Assembly (NCBI GenBank): GCA_028534125.1
Contig: CM052818.1
Span: 36,644,001-36,708,000, forward strand
Source of the DNA: Lama glama
Taxonomy: Eukaryota
Length of the DNA stretch: 64,000 nucleotides
Direction: 5' to 3'
The notes beneath the pieces are model-generated. The model did not search any database, was not told where the DNA came from, and saw nothing but the letters and a program-made list of their open reading frames with translations. Made by a program: the position numbers and the translations under genes. Below are positions 61,901 to 64,000 of this stretch, one piece after another. Numbering within the stretch: the first letter of the stretch is position 1; every line of letters starts with the position of its first letter.

Positions 61901-63873
61901 GGACCAGGAGTGGAGCTGATGGCCCGGCCGGGTGGAATGCTGGCATGAGTGGGAGCTACCAGCACCCTGATGTGACTGACATCCCCCAACCCCTCAAACA
62001 TCAGCTCTTCTGGGAAGAGCCCTCAGCCACTTACGGCCCTGGAGGACCTGGGCCTTACCACATCTTCCTGGGCAGGAGTAGAGTCCCTGGAGAAACTCCT
62101 TCTGAAAGCCTGAGCCCACACGCCCTCTGCTGAAGGTCTGTCCATCGGGGCTCTGGGCTCAAGAGCAGCAGAGCCAGAGGCTGCCGTGGCTCACAAGCCA
62201 TGCCACCTGCAGAGGGGCTGGGAGCTCGCCCACAGAGGGTGGGGGCTCTTAGTGGGTGCAGGGAGAGGGAGCGACTTTCTGGGTCATCGGGGTCCTTGGT
62301 CCTGTTAGGAGCAGTGGGCTTCTACACAGCAGAGGTGAGTGCTGCTGGTCTCACCCACAGCCTCTTGACAAAAAAGGGATTTTCACATTAGAACCTACTG
62401 TGAAGGAAAGAAGGGTAGGGTGCCGCCTGGCTCCCTAGACTGGCACAGCTGAGAACCGGACTGGGCGCAGGCTGCCCCCCGCATCCTCCAGAGGCCCCCA
62501 TGACCCGGCCACTGGCCTGGGGGGCTCTGGCCAGGAGCCCATGCATTTAACCAGCCCTGAGGAGGGGTGGGTGCATTAATATTGAACGACTCCCACTCTG
62601 TTTACTTTTACAAGCCCCAGCTTCCCATAAATCCAAGTCAGAGTCAATCATCTTCTATGGAAGATATTAATGGCAATTCCATTATTCAAATCCAATCAAT
62701 GCAGCTTTTTTTTTTTTTCTGTCCTGTTGTGTTGAGGCCAAGTAGTTTGGAGGGGGGCTTTGGCCCCGGCAATGGGGAAAAAAAAGTCAAATGATCTTGT
62801 TTACGTCTCAACATTGTAGTTAGATAACTGCTTAGGAAAAAGGGATTCGGTCTCTCTCCATTTACCTGACAGATTGGGAAGGTTTAATTCTGTTGGCCTA
62901 GGAAAAATAAAAATTCGTCTCTTGCATGCACTGCGTCCTGCCTGAGTGCTGTCAGGGACACTCAGTGCTATGGCTTTTTGAACTCAGAACTTAGCTGTGG
63001 TCTACTGCTTTCCAATCAAATTTAAAATTTTTATTTATTTATTTTTACTATGAACCCAACTCTTCCAGGAACTGGCTTCAATAGCCTACAAATTAGCTAA
63101 AACAAGTGGGGGTTATTTGTTCCCAGAAGTAAAAAGGCACAAAAAAGAGACAGAAACCTAGAGATCTAGGAGATCAAGAGGCCAACAGTCCCCCTCCCCA
63201 CCCCCGAATATCCGTGTCTGGATTCACGCCCTTGCCCAGGGTGGCTTCCCCCAACATGTATGCTCACTAAAAAGGGAAGGACCCTGTGAGGACGTGGAAC
63301 TCCTGATACACCACCAGCTGAGGCAGGCTAGAAAAAATCTGCTCAAGCTCCAGAGTAAAGAGGACTATAACTAAGTGAACTATGTTTTCAAACCCAAACC
63401 AGGGACCTGTAGGAAAGGGAATCCTTCTGGTATCCGCCTGAAAGCCTGTCCTTTTCGTCCTGGCTGACTCCCTCCCTCCCTTGGGATTCAAGGTGGGTGG
63501 GTGGGTGTCACTCCCTTCTGGAAGCTCCCCCAGCTCCTGGCCAGATTCCATCCTTGCCCTTTGCACCGTGTGGGGCTGATCCACTCACACGCCCATCTCT
63601 CCCGGCTTCTCCCCCGGCTTACTCAGCATCCTCAGGGGCTACCTCAGCGTTGTGCATGGGGCGGGGGGGCCTCTGCCACCACCAGGGCTCCCCCGGGATG
63701 GAGAATGGTCTCCTGCCTCAATGTGCAAGCTGTTCTGAGACTTCAGAGGAGGATTCAACAGAGCCGGTTTCTGAGAATGCTCCTGCGTGGCAGGAGGTAC
63801 AAAGGACTTCTGACCCACCCTGCTTTAGGAGGCTGCTGGGGACCATCTCTTCTCCACTTCCACTCAAAACAAA

Positions 63874-64000
63874 ACAAGGGAAAATGGGCTTAAATTTCAA
63901 CAAGGGAGATTTAGGTCAGATAGAAGAAAAGCCTACAGTAGGAGCCACCGGAACGGGGACTCTGGGAGCTGATGGAATTTCCTTCCCTGGAGATCTGTGG
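63874..64000 (+). mobile_element. CR1/L3 LINE fragment (ORF2 C-terminus), cut by the window end
   Basis: Frame from 63874 reads TRENGLKFQQGRFRSDRRK, resembling the CR1 ORF2 terminal motif (TRGNGLKL..GRFRLDIRK); followed by tggaatttccttccctggagatct. Confidence 0.75.

Noticed and set aside
1..64000. CRISPR array, operon, prophage or other prokaryotic system
   Set aside because: The sequence is mammalian, CpG-depleted and full of mammalian repeats; there is no repeat-spacer array or gene-dense coding structure.

Overview
This is mammalian (eukaryotic) genomic DNA, not prokaryotic. Two tRNA-Ala-derived SINEs resembling camelid Vic-1, together with no recognisable Alu, B1/B2, Bov-A/BovB, PRE-1 or Can-SINE, point to a camelid (camel, alpaca or llama); this is an inference. 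I found no convincing protein-coding exon, RNA gene, CRISPR array or intact mobile element. The supplied ORFs look like chance ORFs of GC-rich non-coding DNA, and many run through microsatellites or decayed repeats. The window reads as a GC-rich large intron or intergenic region dominated by old repeats: MIR, L2, CR1/L3, MaLR (MLT1) and MER21 LTRs, MER3/MER5 hAT elements, a Tigger1 deletion derivative and short L1 3' ends. Between them lie repeat-free AT-rich blocks with dense transcription-factor motifs (candidate enhancers or conserved non-coding elements), two CpG-rich patches and CTCF-like sites. I did not find a new biological system. The best leads are a back-to-back acceptor/donor (microexon or recursive splice site) at about 58.69 kb, several motif clusters, and four nested transposon insertions. 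All repeat family calls are by eye from remembered consensus sequences, so boundaries are approximate and subfamilies tentative. The host gene or locus could not be identified.
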